A stretch of DNA of 64,000 bases, taken from the NCBI RefSeq assembly GCF_050320075.1, contig NZ_CP190018.1. One strand, given 5' to 3'. Positions 47,717 to 59,627 of this stretch are shown piece by piece. Position numbers and translations under genes: made by a program. Under the pieces are notes generated by a model, which saw only the letters and a list, made by a program, of their open reading frames with translations, was not told the origin of the DNA and did no database searches. The DNA comes from Escherichia coli (GTDB lineage Bacteria > Pseudomonadota > Gammaproteobacteria > Enterobacterales > Enterobacteriaceae). Position 1 is the stretch's first letter, and each line of letters opens with the position of its first letter.

Positions 47717-47935
47717 CTACCATTCCAGTTCATAGTAAGGAGAGATAGGATTATCTTTCGAATACATATCATTTTGAAAAGATGCCATCCATGTTGAAAC
47801 TATAAATGCTTGTATTTGATCTGTATCAGTAGTACTGGTGGTGATGTGTTTATCTAATGAAACGACTTCATCACCCGTTGCGGTTGCTATATTTAAACTT
47901 TGAGAAAAATTATTCATATTGATTGGATTAGTCAT
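47717..47935 (-). CDS. ygeI: small ETT2 protein
   Basis: 72-aa product MTNPINMNNFSQ...; position matches K-12 order as recalled. Confidence 0.6.
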   Translation of the reverse strand: MTNPINMNNFSQSLNIATATGDEVVSLDKHITTSTTDTDQIQAFIVSTWMASFQNDMYSKDNPISPYYELEW

Positions 47936-48102
47936 AAAATTCCCTTTTTTATTTGTCCAGGCCAATAGCCTATACACAATACTTTTTAATCTAGAGTATT
48001 TGATATATATTGCAATAAGGTAATTATCTTAGATGTTTTCATCTCTGTTGTTGACATAACCAGTTGCATACATCTAAACAATAAAATTGCGACAATAAAG
48101 AT

Positions 48103-49479
48103 TTATCGCATACAAATTCTCGTCAGTTGCTTTAGTTTCAAAATGTTGTCAATTATAACTCGATGGCTTTCACTCGAAGTTTCTTTATAGTAGAGTTTCA
48201 TGTTGCTTTTGAGCGGGTTAGGCACATACATATCTACACACTCTTTTATCACAACTGCTTTTCGTCTTCTGGGTTCGAGTTGTAGTGATTTGTCTATACA
48301 AATCCTTGCCTCTTCAATTCTTTCATTATGAAAATTGACAAGTGCTCTATAGTAGTAGAGAGAGGCTATATCAGTTGTGTGTATCTTAGCCTGTTCAAAT
48401 AAGATATGAGATACTTTTGCTTGTCCAGACAGACCAGTTATCAGTCCCATAATAGCTAAAATTTTTCCATCGACATTGGTTATGTCTGATACATAATGTA
48501 AAAGCTCTAATGCTTTTTGAGCAGCAAGTTCAAGTTCATACTTTCCATGAAGTGCCAAAGACATATGGCATTCCGCTAGCAGACAATAACATTCTATTTT
48601 TAGCGTCTGTATATCACTTTTATTTTGTAATCCATCAAATATAGCCATAGCCCTGTAAATGCTTTCAGGAGTAAACTCGTAAAGTTCTTTCTTACCAGCC
48701 AACAGTTCATCTGATAAATAATGATTCTTATAACCTTGGTCCGGTTTAGCTAATCTTACAGAACGCTCTGGATTATGTACCGTTTGAAGGATATTATCTA
48801 TAATAAATTGTGATGTGTTATGTAGTTCATCAACAGGAAGATGATTACTGGCGATGAGGAAAAGATTTTTAGCGTCGATCAGTTCAATGTATAAAGTTTT
48901 CACCGCGTTATTCTGGTTTATTCTTCCTGTAACGAAATAATCTGGCTTGAATCTTCTCAAAAATGAATTTTGCGATATGTGATCATTACAAAAATTTGTC
49001 GCAGCCATCGGATAGGTATAAAGGCCATCGATTTTTTTATTCGAAATGTTTTGCACTAATTCCTGATTAAGTATTAATGGATCCAGAGTATTCAATGAAG
49101 TGGTGAAAGGAAATATAGCTATGGAATAGTCTGAAGTGTTATCTTCATTTATTTTAGTTTTGAAAACCTGTCCACTGAAACGATAACCTTTCCGGTAGAT
49201 TGTTTCTATGCAACGATCATAGCCAATTTTTTCAAAAATGCAGCGCAAAGAATAGATACATCTTGTCAGGGACTCGTCACTTACAATAATATTTTTCCAT
49301 ACTGATTCGATGATCATATCTTTCAGGACAACATGACCAGCGGATTCAAGTAATACGATCAATACTCCTAACTCTTTCGGTGGAATATAAATCTGCTCAT
49401 TTCCTTGAGTAAGAATTCCATCTTCCGTGAGCGTTAATCCCTCGAGAAAATGATATGAGAATTTATTTTCTAAGTCCAT
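48103..49479 (-). CDS. ygeH: HilA-like transcriptional regulator (OmpR-type winged helix plus TPR)
   Basis: 458 aa; N-terminal winged-helix ([12 protein letters not shown]) and repeat-rich C-terminus. Confidence 0.75.
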   Translation of the reverse strand: MDLENKFSYHFLEGLTLTEDGILTQGNEQIYIPPKELGVLIVLLESAGHVVLKDMIIESVWKNIIVSDESLTRCIYSLRCIFEKIGYDRCIETIYRKGYRFSGQVFKTKINEDNTSDYSIAIFPFTTSLNTLDPLILNQELVQNISNKKIDGLYTYPMAATNFCNDHISQNSFLRRFKPDYFVTGRINQNNAVKTLYIELIDAKNLFLIASNHLPVDELHNTSQFIIDNILQTVHNPERSVRLAKPDQGYKNHYLSDELLAGKKELYEFTPESIYRAMAIFDGLQNKSDIQTLKIECYCLLAECHMSLALHGKYELELAAQKALELLHYVSDITNVDGKILAIMGLITGLSGQAKVSHILFEQAKIHTTDIASLYYYRALVNFHNERIEEARICIDKSLQLEPRRRKAVVIKECVDMYVPNPLKSNMKLYYKETSSESHRVIIDNILKLKQLTRICMR

Positions 49480-49813
49480 TAGTTATCCTCTATGAAAAAA
49501 TTGGTTTCTTGCATCCTGCATAAGCAATAGAAATTGTGGCTATTCATATTTATGTGTCATTAATGCTACAGGAGTTTACATTCGACATATCTATGATTGT
49601 GTTCACTAATTTATCTTAGGAATTCAGTGATGTAATCTGAAATAGCCTTATTCAATTTTGATAAAATAGATTGTTCTCTAACGCGTTGAAAAATAGTAAT
49701 TTATAGTGTGTTCTTAACTGTTTTAAGATGTTGATTTAAGAAAACATAAGAGAAGCTGGTCATAGTGGTTAACTGCACTATAACCAGCAATTTTTACCAA
49801 ATGCTTGTAATGC

Positions 49814-50305
49814 TTAGCCATTATCTTCTGAATTATCGGTTAAGAGTTCAATATATGCCTGCGCTTTGCTCTTAACACTTTCATCCTCACAATTGTTAAT
49901 AATATGATAGAAACATTGCATTGCGTTATCGATATTTTTAGCCCCAATTTGACATTGACCCATACGATAAATAACTGAATAGTCATCATACGGGGAGTAA
50001 TTGTAACTTAGTTTGTAAAGGTCATATGCTTGTTGATATTTCTTTTTTGACTGGCATACTGATGCAAAACCTTTTAGATATTCATGATTTTCGAACGCAT
50101 AAATGCACAGAAATTTATAATAAATTTCTGCGTCCGTTATATTACCTTTTTCATGGTAGTCGAATGCATATGCATATATTCTATCAAGGATATCAGGAGT
50201 CAATCCATGTAGTAATGCCAGATTTTCTCCTTGTGATAATGCGTGTTTTAGTTGACTTGCCCATTCATCACTGTTATTGAATATTTCAAGTGTATCTGTG
50301 CTCAT
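49814..50305 (-). CDS. ygeG: TPR-type class II T3SS chaperone (SicA/SycD-like)
   Basis: 163-aa product after trimming ORF 49814..50428; TPR repeats. Confidence 0.7.
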   Translation of the reverse strand: MSTDTLEIFNNSDEWASQLKHALSQGENLALLHGLTPDILDRIYAYAFDYHEKGNITDAEIYYKFLCIYAFENHEYLKGFASVCQSKKKYQQAYDLYKLSYNYSPYDDYSVIYRMGQCQIGAKNIDNAMQCFYHIINNCEDESVKSKAQAYIELLTDNSEDNG

Positions 50306-50528
50306 AATATTCCTCTGTGATGTGTTTCGTGATGCTAAATTATTATTAATTGACTCATTATTTTTTGCATTTATCTTTTTTGAATTATGAGTTTTAAGCT
50401 TGCATTGCTTAAGGGTATATTGGTTCATTATTAGTAAAAATACTGACCACTATAAACCAATAATGTCATTAGTTTTTTTCTAATATTCACCTTATTAGTT
50501 ATCTTATTTACGACATTTCATAAATGCC

Positions 50529-51020
50529 TTAATATGCATGACCTTGATTCATATTATCAATTTCCCTTTTTTCGATGAAAATTAAAAAGGGGATTTTTGC
50601 GAAGGGTAGTAAGTCGTCTAGTTTTTTTTCTTTATTATGTCTGGTGACGAGGGGGGATAGAACGTCGGTGCATATAGTAGAGAATTTATTCAGGTCTAAA
50701 TTATTCTCTATTTTGGCCAGTTTTATGAGTTCATTTGTAGCCATACTCATTAAATCATCTGTTATCGGAAATTTATATATGCTCATAGCCGATAATATTG
50801 CTTGCTGAATTATTTCTTCAGAAATATCCGCTATCTTTATTGACAAATCATGTGTTAGATATTTTCCTCCAAGAGATTCTTGTTCAATATAATTTAAACC
50901 AGACCTCATCGTAATTTTAACTGGATTCACGTATTTCTCTTCATTTTTCTTATTTTTGTTCTCCTGATCAGGAACTAATGGTTGCAGTGGTAGGCTATTA
51001 TTAATATTTCGTGGCTTCAT
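50529..51020 (-). CDS. ygeF: ETT2 hypothetical protein
   Basis: 163-aa ORF, AT-rich island DNA; position matches the K-12 order. Confidence 0.55.
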   Translation of the reverse strand: MKPRNINNSLPLQPLVPDQENKNKKNEEKYVNPVKITMRSGLNYIEQESLGGKYLTHDLSIKIADISEEIIQQAILSAMSIYKFPITDDLMSMATNELIKLAKIENNLDLNKFSTICTDVLSPLVTRHNKEKKLDDLLPFAKIPFLIFIEKREIDNMNQGHAY

Positions 51021-51449
51021 TTTACATTTCTCTCATTTGATTAGAGCAAAATCCGAATTCGCAGCTTCTGATAATGTCAAATATCACCTTTTCTCATGCT
51101 TTATTCTATCAAAAATCGCTCATTTTTACTTTTTTTACCATAATGTTACTTAGTGGCATCGGCAATTTACATAACTTACATGTTGTTTTTTATATCCTGA
51201 AAAAACAGATAGATAGTGTGCACACTCGAAATGATATTGGTAACATAAATAGCTTTATTCGTGACAAACATCTCAAAAGATTTCCTTTATTATTTTCGAA
51301 ATTCATTTGATCAAGGTTATCACCTTATGGAGACGTTACGTAGAATGACTATATTTGTTATCGGCACATTAGGGGTATTAAATTTAGTATTGATGGAAGG
51401 TGATTATTGAACAGTAACATCGAGTCACGGTCAAAATGTGAGGTATATA

Positions 51450-51875
51450 ATGGACATTGAGTTTTCGCAGATTCATGAAATGGTCTATATGCATGATATT
51501 GTAAATTCGGACTCGAAAAAGAAACCAAGGATTCCGTTAAAAAAATTCCTTAATGCTGAGAAAGTTCTCACGCAAACAACATCATGGGTACTAAATTCAA
51601 GATATGTGAATGTTAATTCTGTCAGTAAAGTCAACGTAAAGAGTAAAGTTAAAAACAGTTATATCTCACGATCTGTCAATGATGAGTTTAGTTTAACAGA
51701 TGATGAAATCAATTCTTTTAAAGAAACGTTAGTCCTTTCCTCTATTGATTCTCTAAGTAAACTGGTTCTTAATAATCCTCTTTCTGTATTGTTTACATCG
51801 ACTGTACGAAGGAATAATAATAGAGCTAAGATGAATGTTGAGTTCGACTCATGGATTTGCACCAGATGTTGTTGA
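51450..51875 (+). CDS. yqeK: ETT2 hypothetical protein
   Basis: 141-aa product [12 protein letters not shown]... Confidence 0.55.
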   Translation: MDIEFSQIHEMVYMHDIVNSDSKKKPRIPLKKFLNAEKVLTQTTSWVLNSRYVNVNSVSKVNVKSKVKNSYISRSVNDEFSLTDDEINSFKETLVLSSIDSLSKLVLNNPLSVLFTSTVRRNNNRAKMNVEFDSWICTRCC

Positions 51876-52023
51876 TACATGATATTTTGCATTGCAAGGT
51901 GATATCTAAAATGAAAGATGTTGATCAAAACTTTGATGCTTTATACTGGCATATACTACAAGCATATTTAATTTTATTGTTTTATGATTAACGAGGTTCC
52001 ATCTTTTTATTATCTATTTAAGT

Positions 52024-52518
52024 TTACCTTGCACAATGCATTATTGCTCTGTTACCAATACTCAAAATAAAAGCATGCTTACCTTGCTTTAGTATATTAT
52101 AGCTTACACTTTTTTCTGGAAAGACATAAAAATCAGGAATAAGTTCTGCAAGTCTATCATCATCGACTTGATCCATGATCTCAAATTTATTAACTTTCTT
52201 TGATGTTAAATGGGCTGTGTCATAGTTTTCAATCCATGTGTATTCAATATTTCGCCGTATTGACTTACTTTCTCTGTTACCTTGTTGCCAGGTTCCGCTC
52301 AACGCAACAGTTCCTGTTTTATTTTTTTGGTTATACATAAAGTCGATGGTAAGATTTGCTCGCCCCTTGTCATTAAAAATTACCCAATTTGCAGTGCATG
52401 TTTCATTATATATCATTTTTTCTGCAGTATAAGAGTAAACAATGAAGAGAATAAACCCACTGATAAAAACTAAAATAAATAATAAGTTTTTTTTATAATC
52501 AATCACGATTAACCTCAC
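52024..52518 (-). CDS. yqeJ: ETT2 hypothetical membrane-anchored protein
   Basis: 164-aa ORF with N-terminal TM helix. Confidence 0.55.
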   Translation of the reverse strand: MRLIVIDYKKNLLFILVFISGFILFIVYSYTAEKMIYNETCTANWVIFNDKGRANLTIDFMYNQKNKTGTVALSGTWQQGNRESKSIRRNIEYTWIENYDTAHLTSKKVNKFEIMDQVDDDRLAELIPDFYVFPEKSVSYNILKQGKHAFILSIGNRAIMHCAR

Positions 52519-53308
52519 GGTAAGACAGGGTTAAACAGCCTGCCACTTCATGTTGGTTATAGTTTTTATTGCATGCCATAACAATCATCCCTGGTGAGGA
52601 TTTTGCAAGAGGGAAGTATAACCACGGATATTTTTTACAGTTAATCCCCGAATCCAGTATCCGTGTCTTATATTTATCGAACTCTTTCAACCCATCAATT
52701 GTATCTTCTGTCACATTAAAATGGCAGCCATTAATTTCCGCAACAGTCTTGTAATCCTTGAAGAATGGCTTCGGTTGATTATTATTCCATAGCCAATGTG
52801 CAGAATATACGCCTATAGCAAATATGCTCAACATAATTAGATAACTTTTTATATGTTTGAGGATTTTGTTATTGAAATTGTTTGCGCCACCAATGCTCTC
52901 TTTGTACCCCGCATTACCTTTTATGGCAGGTGGGGCATTGTGTGTATGTGCGTCTGTTGAAGAGTTTATTACATGATTTTGTATGTTAATGTCATTATGA
53001 ATCTTGAATCCTCTTCTCGGCACGGTTGCAATAAGCGAGTGGGTGGTATCACCAACAGCGCGAAATCCGCGTCTGATAATGGATATGTTCTGATATAACG
53101 TGTTAGTTGGCACACGCATACCTTCTTCTTCCCAGACTCTGGTGAAAAAATCTTGTTGTGCAACCACATCAGGAAAAGCTTCAAGTAGAAGTGATAAACA
53201 ACGACTGGCTGGCGTTGTCAGAACGACGTTAAGATCGGCGTTATGTACCGATATTAATTTTCGGTGCTCAGGCCAGAACTCGATATTATCGTTAATAATC
53301 CAGTACAT
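52499..53308 (-). CDS. yqeI: ToxR/CadC-like winged-helix transcriptional regulator with TM segment
   Basis: 269-aa ORF; N-terminal winged helix, central TM helix. Confidence 0.7.
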   Translation of the reverse strand: MYWIINDNIEFWPEHRKLISVHNADLNVVLTTPASRCLSLLLEAFPDVVAQQDFFTRVWEEEGMRVPTNTLYQNISIIRRGFRAVGDTTHSLIATVPRRGFKIHNDINIQNHVINSSTDAHTHNAPPAIKGNAGYKESIGGANNFNNKILKHIKSYLIMLSIFAIGVYSAHWLWNNNQPKPFFKDYKTVAEINGCHFNVTEDTIDGLKEFDKYKTRILDSGINCKKYPWLYFPLAKSSPGMIVMACNKNYNQHEVAGCLTLSYREVNRD

Positions 53309-53641
53309 ACGTCAATAGACACTAAATCAATCAAAATGGAAATCACATAGTTTGCTAAGTATATTGGTATTTACGGCATAAATATATATTAATTTTATAT
53401 TTATCATAATGATTGAAATGAGGCTTTAATGTCGCAACGTAAAACTTTACGTAAATTAACATGATTAACATTTATGCCACTATTGTTTGTAAATTCATAT
53501 TTCGTAATGCTTCTGAATTTTTCGTGTGATGGTTTTAAATACCATGTTGTTTACTCTTGGGGTTACTGCTTATTTGTAAAATACGGGCATTTCAATAGAT
53601 GCCCGTATAAGCAGAGTATGATTCTGGCAGATTATTTAGTA

Positions 53642-54334
53642 TCAATGTTGGACCGAATGTGAACGAATAAATAACTCGTTTATTTTACCACCCATTCTCT
53701 TTTCGATTCGTTGCTTGTACGCGTAGATGCTACGGATATCCATATCCAGAACTTCAGCAATCTGATATGGATTATAACCAGAAACCATATATCCCATTAT
53801 GGTGAATTCCATCTGAGTTAATGTATTCCCTCTGGTAAATGATAAATAACGACCAATAAATAGTTGTCTGATCTTTTCATTGGCAACATCAAGACCATCA
53901 TCATTATATATGACAGCAGATATTGCAGAGTTGTGTTTTCGCCAGTAGTTAGCTAACGATTGCATATTGCGGTCGCTGACTAAAACAATCCCCATGTCAG
54001 TACTTGCAAGATAGTCAATCCAGTCTTTTTCAAGGAATAGACGTAAAAAACTTACTGAAAAATCGACAAAAATATATCCGCTTAATCTCGCATTGTGGTT
54101 TTTTGTTAAAATACCTTCCACCACACCACGATTAAAATATGAACTTTCTTCGGGCCACATACAAAAACACGAGTTTGCGCAATACTGCAAACGCGGTGAC
54201 TCTTCTGGCATTATTTGGCAATGCATTGAGCAACTATTGCATGTAAGACTTTTATAACGACTACAAAGCCCCATGTTAAGAACCTCCCTATCCGTATATA
54301 ATTGCATAATTTCATTGGTTATTGATGATGTCAA
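53642..54334 (-). CDS. yqeH: LuxR-family transcriptional regulator
   Basis: C-terminal LuxR HTH (TQMEFTIMGYMVSGYNPYQIAEVLDMDIRSIYAYKQRI). Confidence 0.7.
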   Translation of the reverse strand: MTSSITNEIMQLYTDREVLNMGLCSRYKSLTCNSCSMHCQIMPEESPRLQYCANSCFCMWPEESSYFNRGVVEGILTKNHNARLSGYIFVDFSVSFLRLFLEKDWIDYLASTDMGIVLVSDRNMQSLANYWRKHNSAISAVIYNDDGLDVANEKIRQLFIGRYLSFTRGNTLTQMEFTIMGYMVSGYNPYQIAEVLDMDIRSIYAYKQRIEKRMGGKINELFIRSHSVQH

Positions 54335-54733
54335 TACACCATGATTTTGTAAATTTGCTGGGAAAAATTGCGATTAATCTGAATTTGCTATAATTCTGAG
54401 TAAAGCATTTAAAAATGCATTTCTCGTTATTAAATATGATTATGTTTCACTGATTTAATCTTACCTGGTTGATGGTGGTTCAGATAACTATCTCATGGTA
54501 TGAGAATATCTATATCGCAAATTGTTTTTGAATGACCAGAAGATATCTTGCGAATCTAAGTTATGCATCTTAAATAGTCTTATTTAAGATGTTCAGATCT
54601 CTTTGTGTGTTTAACTAACTGATAATACTAGGATATGACGAGAGAAGTGATAGAGCGGAGTTATAACAAATGAACATTATGAAAACTGGAATGGTTCAAA
54701 ATTGTAGCAATTTTGAACCATTCACAATGGATA

Positions 54734-55963
54734 TTAGCTAAAGAACATTACCGATACGCACAGGATACCCACGATCAGCGTAATCAGATTTCCGATGGAA
54801 CGCCAGGGTTTAAGCGCCGGGATGAGATACGTTGACAGCGTAGGCATGATGAAAAGTATCATGGCAATGAGCGGGCCGCTGATCGCGTAAATCATCGAAA
54901 TCGCGTTCGGGTTAATGCAACAAACAATGAAGGTAATCAGCGATACCAACATAATTGATAGTGCGCGGTTAAATGCACGACTTTTCTTTACACCAACCTG
55001 CTGTAGTGTTGTTTTGACGACCTCTGTGGCACCTTCAATAACGCCAAAGTACGTACCCAGGAATGATTTCGACATCGCAACTACTGCGACAATAATCCCG
55101 GAAATTGACAACCATGCTGGGGCGTTCGGCAGCATAGAAAGCGCCGATAAAATGGTAACCCCTTCTTCTTTAGCCGCTTCAATATACGAAGGTGGAATAG
55201 AAAGCAGGCAGCTAAAGACAAAGAACAGTACACTTATGCAGATGATGAGATAAGCGACTTTCATAATTTTTTTGCATTTATCCATAGCATGTTCGCCATA
55301 TTTTTCACGTCTGTCTATGGCAAACGTAGAAATAATGGGCGTATGGCTAAAGGCGAAAACCATCACGGGAATCGATATCCATATCTGGTGAAGGGTATTC
55401 TGATTGAACTCTACCTGGGTAGTTAATAGATCAGGTTGCCAACTACCGACCAGGTAAATAGAAAGAAATAAGAAATAGGCAATCAATGGGAATACCAAAA
55501 ATCCCATTACCCGAATAGTGGCATGGCGTCCCATCAGAAAAATGAGATTCAGGATTAATACAACACCCAGACTCACCAACATACGGATGCGAAGATCAAT
55601 AACCATATGCTTTGCCAGCTGTTCCGTAAGTGAGTTGGTAATTGCCACGGCATATATCAACACGACGACAAAAAAGGCGATGAAGTACAGCGTGGTAATC
55701 AGATTACCAATCTTCTTGCCATAGTAGTGTGTTACCGCGCCCGTTATCCCTTCACCTGCTGATGTTTTTGATGAGAGGATGAACTGGCATAAGGCTTTAT
55801 GTGGCCAATATGTTAAAGGCCAGGCGACCAGAGCAGTAATAAACAGGACCACAGCCCCTGCCGAACCTAACTGAATAGGAAGGAAGAGCGTGCCTGCACC
55901 AACGGCTGTGCCGTAGAGCGCGAAACTCCACAGAGTTTCTTCTTTTGACCAAATATTAGACAT
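54734..55963 (-). CDS. yqeG: amino-acid transporter (HAAAP/serine-threonine permease-like)
   Basis: 409-aa polytopic membrane protein. Confidence 0.8.
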   Translation of the reverse strand: MSNIWSKEETLWSFALYGTAVGAGTLFLPIQLGSAGAVVLFITALVAWPLTYWPHKALCQFILSSKTSAGEGITGAVTHYYGKKIGNLITTLYFIAFFVVVLIYAVAITNSLTEQLAKHMVIDLRIRMLVSLGVVLILNLIFLMGRHATIRVMGFLVFPLIAYFLFLSIYLVGSWQPDLLTTQVEFNQNTLHQIWISIPVMVFAFSHTPIISTFAIDRREKYGEHAMDKCKKIMKVAYLIICISVLFFVFSCLLSIPPSYIEAAKEEGVTILSALSMLPNAPAWLSISGIIVAVVAMSKSFLGTYFGVIEGATEVVKTTLQQVGVKKSRAFNRALSIMLVSLITFIVCCINPNAISMIYAISGPLIAMILFIMPTLSTYLIPALKPWRSIGNLITLIVGILCVSVMFFS

Positions 55964-56217
55964 TATCTGAACGTATCATCTACAAATTAAACAAAATGGA
56001 GGGCAATTTACCATAAACCAGGTTAAGTATGGGAGATTAACGCCCTTTCTACCTCTCTATTGGTGGGTTAGTGGTTGCAAACCTTACGTGCCAGTTATGT
56101 CTCTGACTGCTGGTCAGGCGTATTTCCTTTGTGATAAAAATCACTTTTTTTAAACAATTAAGATAACTGTAATTAACAATCATTTACTATTGCACTGTTA
56201 ATTGGTGCGAGGTTGTG

Positions 56218-57399
56218 ATGAAAGACGTTGTGATTGTCGGGGCGTTACGGACACCTATCGGCTGCTTTCGTGGTGCGTTAGCGGGTCATTCCGCCGTGGA
56301 ACTTGGCAGCCTGGTCGTGAAAGCATTAATAGAACGTACCGGTGTTTCTGCATATGCGGTGGATGAAGTGATTCTTGGTCAGGTGTTGACTGCAGGGGCA
56401 GGGCAGAATCCGGCAAGGCAATCGGCTATTAAAGGTGGTCTTCCTAATAGCGTTTCTGCAATCACGATTAATGACGTTTGCGGTTCCGGGCTTAAAGCAC
56501 TGCATCTGGCTACTCAGGCGATACAGTGTGGCGAGGCTGATATTGTCATCGCCGGTGGTCAGGAAAACATGAGTCGCGCACCACATGTTCTGACTGATAG
56601 CCGCACCGGTGCACAGCTTGGCAATAGCCAGTTGGTTGACAGTCTTGTGCACGATGGGTTGTGGGATGCCTTCAATGATTATCATATTGGTGTCACCGCC
56701 GAAAATCTGGCTCGCGAATATGGCATCAGCCGTCAGTTGCAGGATGCTTACGCACTTAGCTCGCAACAAAAAGCGCGAGCGGCGATTGACGCCGGACGAT
56801 TTAAAGATGAGATCGTCCCGGTAATGACCCAAAGTAACGGTCAGACGTTGGTTGTTGATACCGATGAACAGCCACGCACTGACGCCAGTGCAGAAGGCTT
56901 AGCCCGTTTAAATCCTTCATTTGATAGTCTCGGCTCTGTGACAGCGGGTAATGCATCATCCATAAACGATGGCGCAGCTGCAGTAATGATGATGAGCGAA
57001 GCCAAAGCACGAGCGTTGAATTTACCCGTGCTGGCCCGCATCCGCGCATTTGCCAGTGTTGGTGTAGATCCGGCATTGATGGGAATTGCGCCGGTGTATG
57101 CGACCCGCCGTTGCCTGGAGCGTGTTGGCTGGCAGTTGGCTGATGTCGATCTTATCGAGGCTAATGAAGCGTTTGCTGCACAGGCGCTTTCGGTTGGCAA
57201 GATGCTTGAATGGGATGAGCGTCGGGTCAATGTCAATGGTGGCGCGATCGCACTCGGTCACCCAATAGGCGCTTCCGGTTGCCGAATCCTCGTTTCTCTG
57301 GTTCATGAAATGGTGAAACGTAATGCCCGCAAAGGACTGGCTACGCTTTGTATCGGCGGGGGCCAGGGCGTGGCATTGACCATTGAACGTGACGAATAG
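56218..57399 (+). CDS. yqeF: acetyl-CoA acetyltransferase (thiolase II)
   Basis: Thiolase motifs (VCGSGLKA, NVNGGAIALGHPIGASG, GGGQG). Confidence 0.9.
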   Translation: MKDVVIVGALRTPIGCFRGALAGHSAVELGSLVVKALIERTGVSAYAVDEVILGQVLTAGAGQNPARQSAIKGGLPNSVSAITINDVCGSGLKALHLATQAIQCGEADIVIAGGQENMSRAPHVLTDSRTGAQLGNSQLVDSLVHDGLWDAFNDYHIGVTAENLAREYGISRQLQDAYALSSQQKARAAIDAGRFKDEIVPVMTQSNGQTLVVDTDEQPRTDASAEGLARLNPSFDSLGSVTAGNASSINDGAAAVMMMSEAKARALNLPVLARIRAFASVGVDPALMGIAPVYATRRCLERVGWQLADVDLIEANEAFAAQALSVGKMLEWDERRVNVNGGAIALGHPIGASGCRILVSLVHEMVKRNARKGLATLCIGGGQGVALTIERDE

Positions 57400-57685
57400 C
57401 TCTGCATTTCCTCCTTACCGATAAATATCAGCCGTCATTAATCTGTTGAATAATGGTGGCTGGCGAGTCGACATACATTTTCAGGGCTCCCTGATTTTTC
57501 CATTCTCATGACATATTCGTGATCGACACTGCACTTTTTTCAGTCCTTAACTTAAAAATGAAACATTGTTTTATTTTTAATTGAAAACCCTATCCCGTGG
57601 GCATATCATCCCCTTATAGAGAAAACGAAACAGCGTTTCACTATCGTTTTCTATTTTCACGCTTCACTGATTATCGGAGGTTGAT

Positions 57686-58522
57686 GTGGACGTAAGACAG
57701 AGCATCCACAGTGCGCATGCAAAAACGCTGGATACCCAGGGGCTGCGCAATGAATTTTTGGTTGAAAAGGTATTTGTCGCCGATGAGTACACCATGGTTT
57801 ACAGCCACATTGACCGTATAATTGTTGGCGGCATTATGCCGGTAACTAAAACGGTTTCCGTTGGCGGGGAAGTTGGTAAACAACTCGGCGTAAGCTATTT
57901 CCTGGAACGTCGCGAGTTAGGTGTTATCAATATTGGCGGTGCCGGTACGATTACTGTCGATGGTCAATGCTATGAAATCGGTCACCGCGACGCCCTGTAT
58001 GTTGGTAAAGGTGCAAAAGAAGTTGTCTTTGCCAGTATTGATACCGCCACTCCGGCGAAGTTTTATTACAATTGCGCACCCGCGCATACGACGTATCCCA
58101 CCAAAAAAGTCACACCGGACGAAGTATCTCCAGTCACGTTAGGCGATAACCTCACCAGTAACCGTCGCACGATTAACAAATATTTTGTCCCGGATGTACT
58201 GGAAACCTGCCAATTGAGTATGGGGCTGACGGAGCTGGCTCCGGGTAACTTGTGGAACACCATGCCGTGTCACACCCACGAGCGCCGGATGGAAGTTTAT
58301 TTCTATTTCAATATGGATGATGACGCCTGCGTTTTCCACATGATGGGGCAGCCGCAAGAAACGCGTCATATTGTGATGCATAACGAGCAGGCGGTGATCT
58401 CCCCGAGCTGGTCGATCCATTCCGGTGTCGGAACCAAAGCTTATACCTTTATCTGGGGCATGGTCGGTGAAAACCAGGTCTTTGATGATATGGACCATGT
58501 GGCCGTTAAAGATTTGCGCTAG
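57686..58522 (+). CDS. kduI: 5-dehydro-4-deoxy-D-glucuronate isomerase
   Basis: 278-aa ORF; cupin-type sequence, adjacent to kduD. Confidence 0.85.
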
Positions 58523-58551
58523 TTGTGGGCATAAACGAATAAGGTATTGTT

Positions 58552-59313
58552 ATGATTTTAAGTGCATTTTCTCTCGAAGGTAAAGTTGCGGTCGTCACTG
58601 GTTGTGATACTGGACTGGGTCAGGGGATGGCGTTGGGGCTGGCGCAAGCGGGCTGTGACATTGTTGGCATTAACATCGTTGAACCGACTGAAACCATCAA
58701 GCAGGTCACGGCGCTGGGGCGTCGTTTTTTAAGCCTGACCGCCGATCTGCGAAAGATTGATGGCATTCCAGCACTGCTGGATCGCGCGGTAGCTGAGTTT
58801 GGTCATATTGATATCCTGGTGAATAACGCCGGATTGATTCGGCGCGAAGATGCTCTCGAGTTCAGCGAAAAAGACTGGGACGATGTCATGAACCTGAATA
58901 TCAAGAGCGTATTCTTCATGTCTCAGGCAGCGGCGAAACACTTTATCGCGCAAGGCAATGGCGGCAAGATTATCAATATCGCGTCAATGCTCTCCTTCCA
59001 GGGCGGGATCCGTGTGCCTTCTTATACCGCATCAAAAAGCGGCGTGATGGGCGTGACGCGATTGATGGCGAATGAATGGGCTAAACACAACATTAATGTT
59101 AATGCGATAGCTCCGGGTTACATGGCAACCAACAATACTCAACAACTACGGGCAGATGAACAACGTAGCGCGGAAATTCTCGACCGCATTCCAGCTGGCC
59201 GTTGGGGACTGCCGAGTGACCTGATGGGGCCGGTAGTGTTCCTTGCCTCCAGCGCTTCAGATTATGTGAATGGTTATACCATTGCCGTGGATGGCGGTTG
59301 GCTGGCTCGTTAA
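58552..59313 (+). CDS. kduD: 2-dehydro-3-deoxy-D-gluconate 5-dehydrogenase (SDR family)
   Basis: Rossmann GxxxGxG (TGCDTGLGQG) and YxxxK motifs. Confidence 0.9.
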   Translation: MILSAFSLEGKVAVVTGCDTGLGQGMALGLAQAGCDIVGINIVEPTETIKQVTALGRRFLSLTADLRKIDGIPALLDRAVAEFGHIDILVNNAGLIRREDALEFSEKDWDDVMNLNIKSVFFMSQAAAKHFIAQGNGGKIINIASMLSFQGGIRVPSYTASKSGVMGVTRLMANEWAKHNINVNAIAPGYMATNNTQQLRADEQRSAEILDRIPAGRWGLPSDLMGPVVFLASSASDYVNGYTIAVDGGWLAR

Positions 59314-59335
59314 TTCATTTCTCTTACTTTTATGA

Positions 59336-59360
59336 CCCTGCCGCATGGCAGGGTTTTTTA
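59336..59360 (+). terminator. intrinsic terminator after kduD
   Basis: CCCTGCCGCATGGCAGGG followed by TTTTTTAT. Confidence 0.65.
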
Positions 59361-59627
59361 TACCTGTAGATCATCATAATCCATATCATGGTTATGAAAT
59401 AATCCATATCAATTATCAATTAATGAACTTTATGAATTTTATCTGCTTTAAAATTAGGTGGTTAATAATAATCTCAATTATTCAACTTAATTTGAAAATT
59501 GGAATATCCATCACATAACGACATGTCGTAGCAATTTAATCCATATTTATGCTATTTCCGACCTGACACCTGTGTGAATTGTTCACGTATTTTTTCACTA
59601 TGTCTTACTCTCTGCTGGCAGGAAAAA

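Noticed and set aside
46446-54334. Functional type III secretion system
   Set aside because: Only regulator, chaperone and transglycosylase genes are present; no ATPase, export-apparatus, needle or translocon genes in the window
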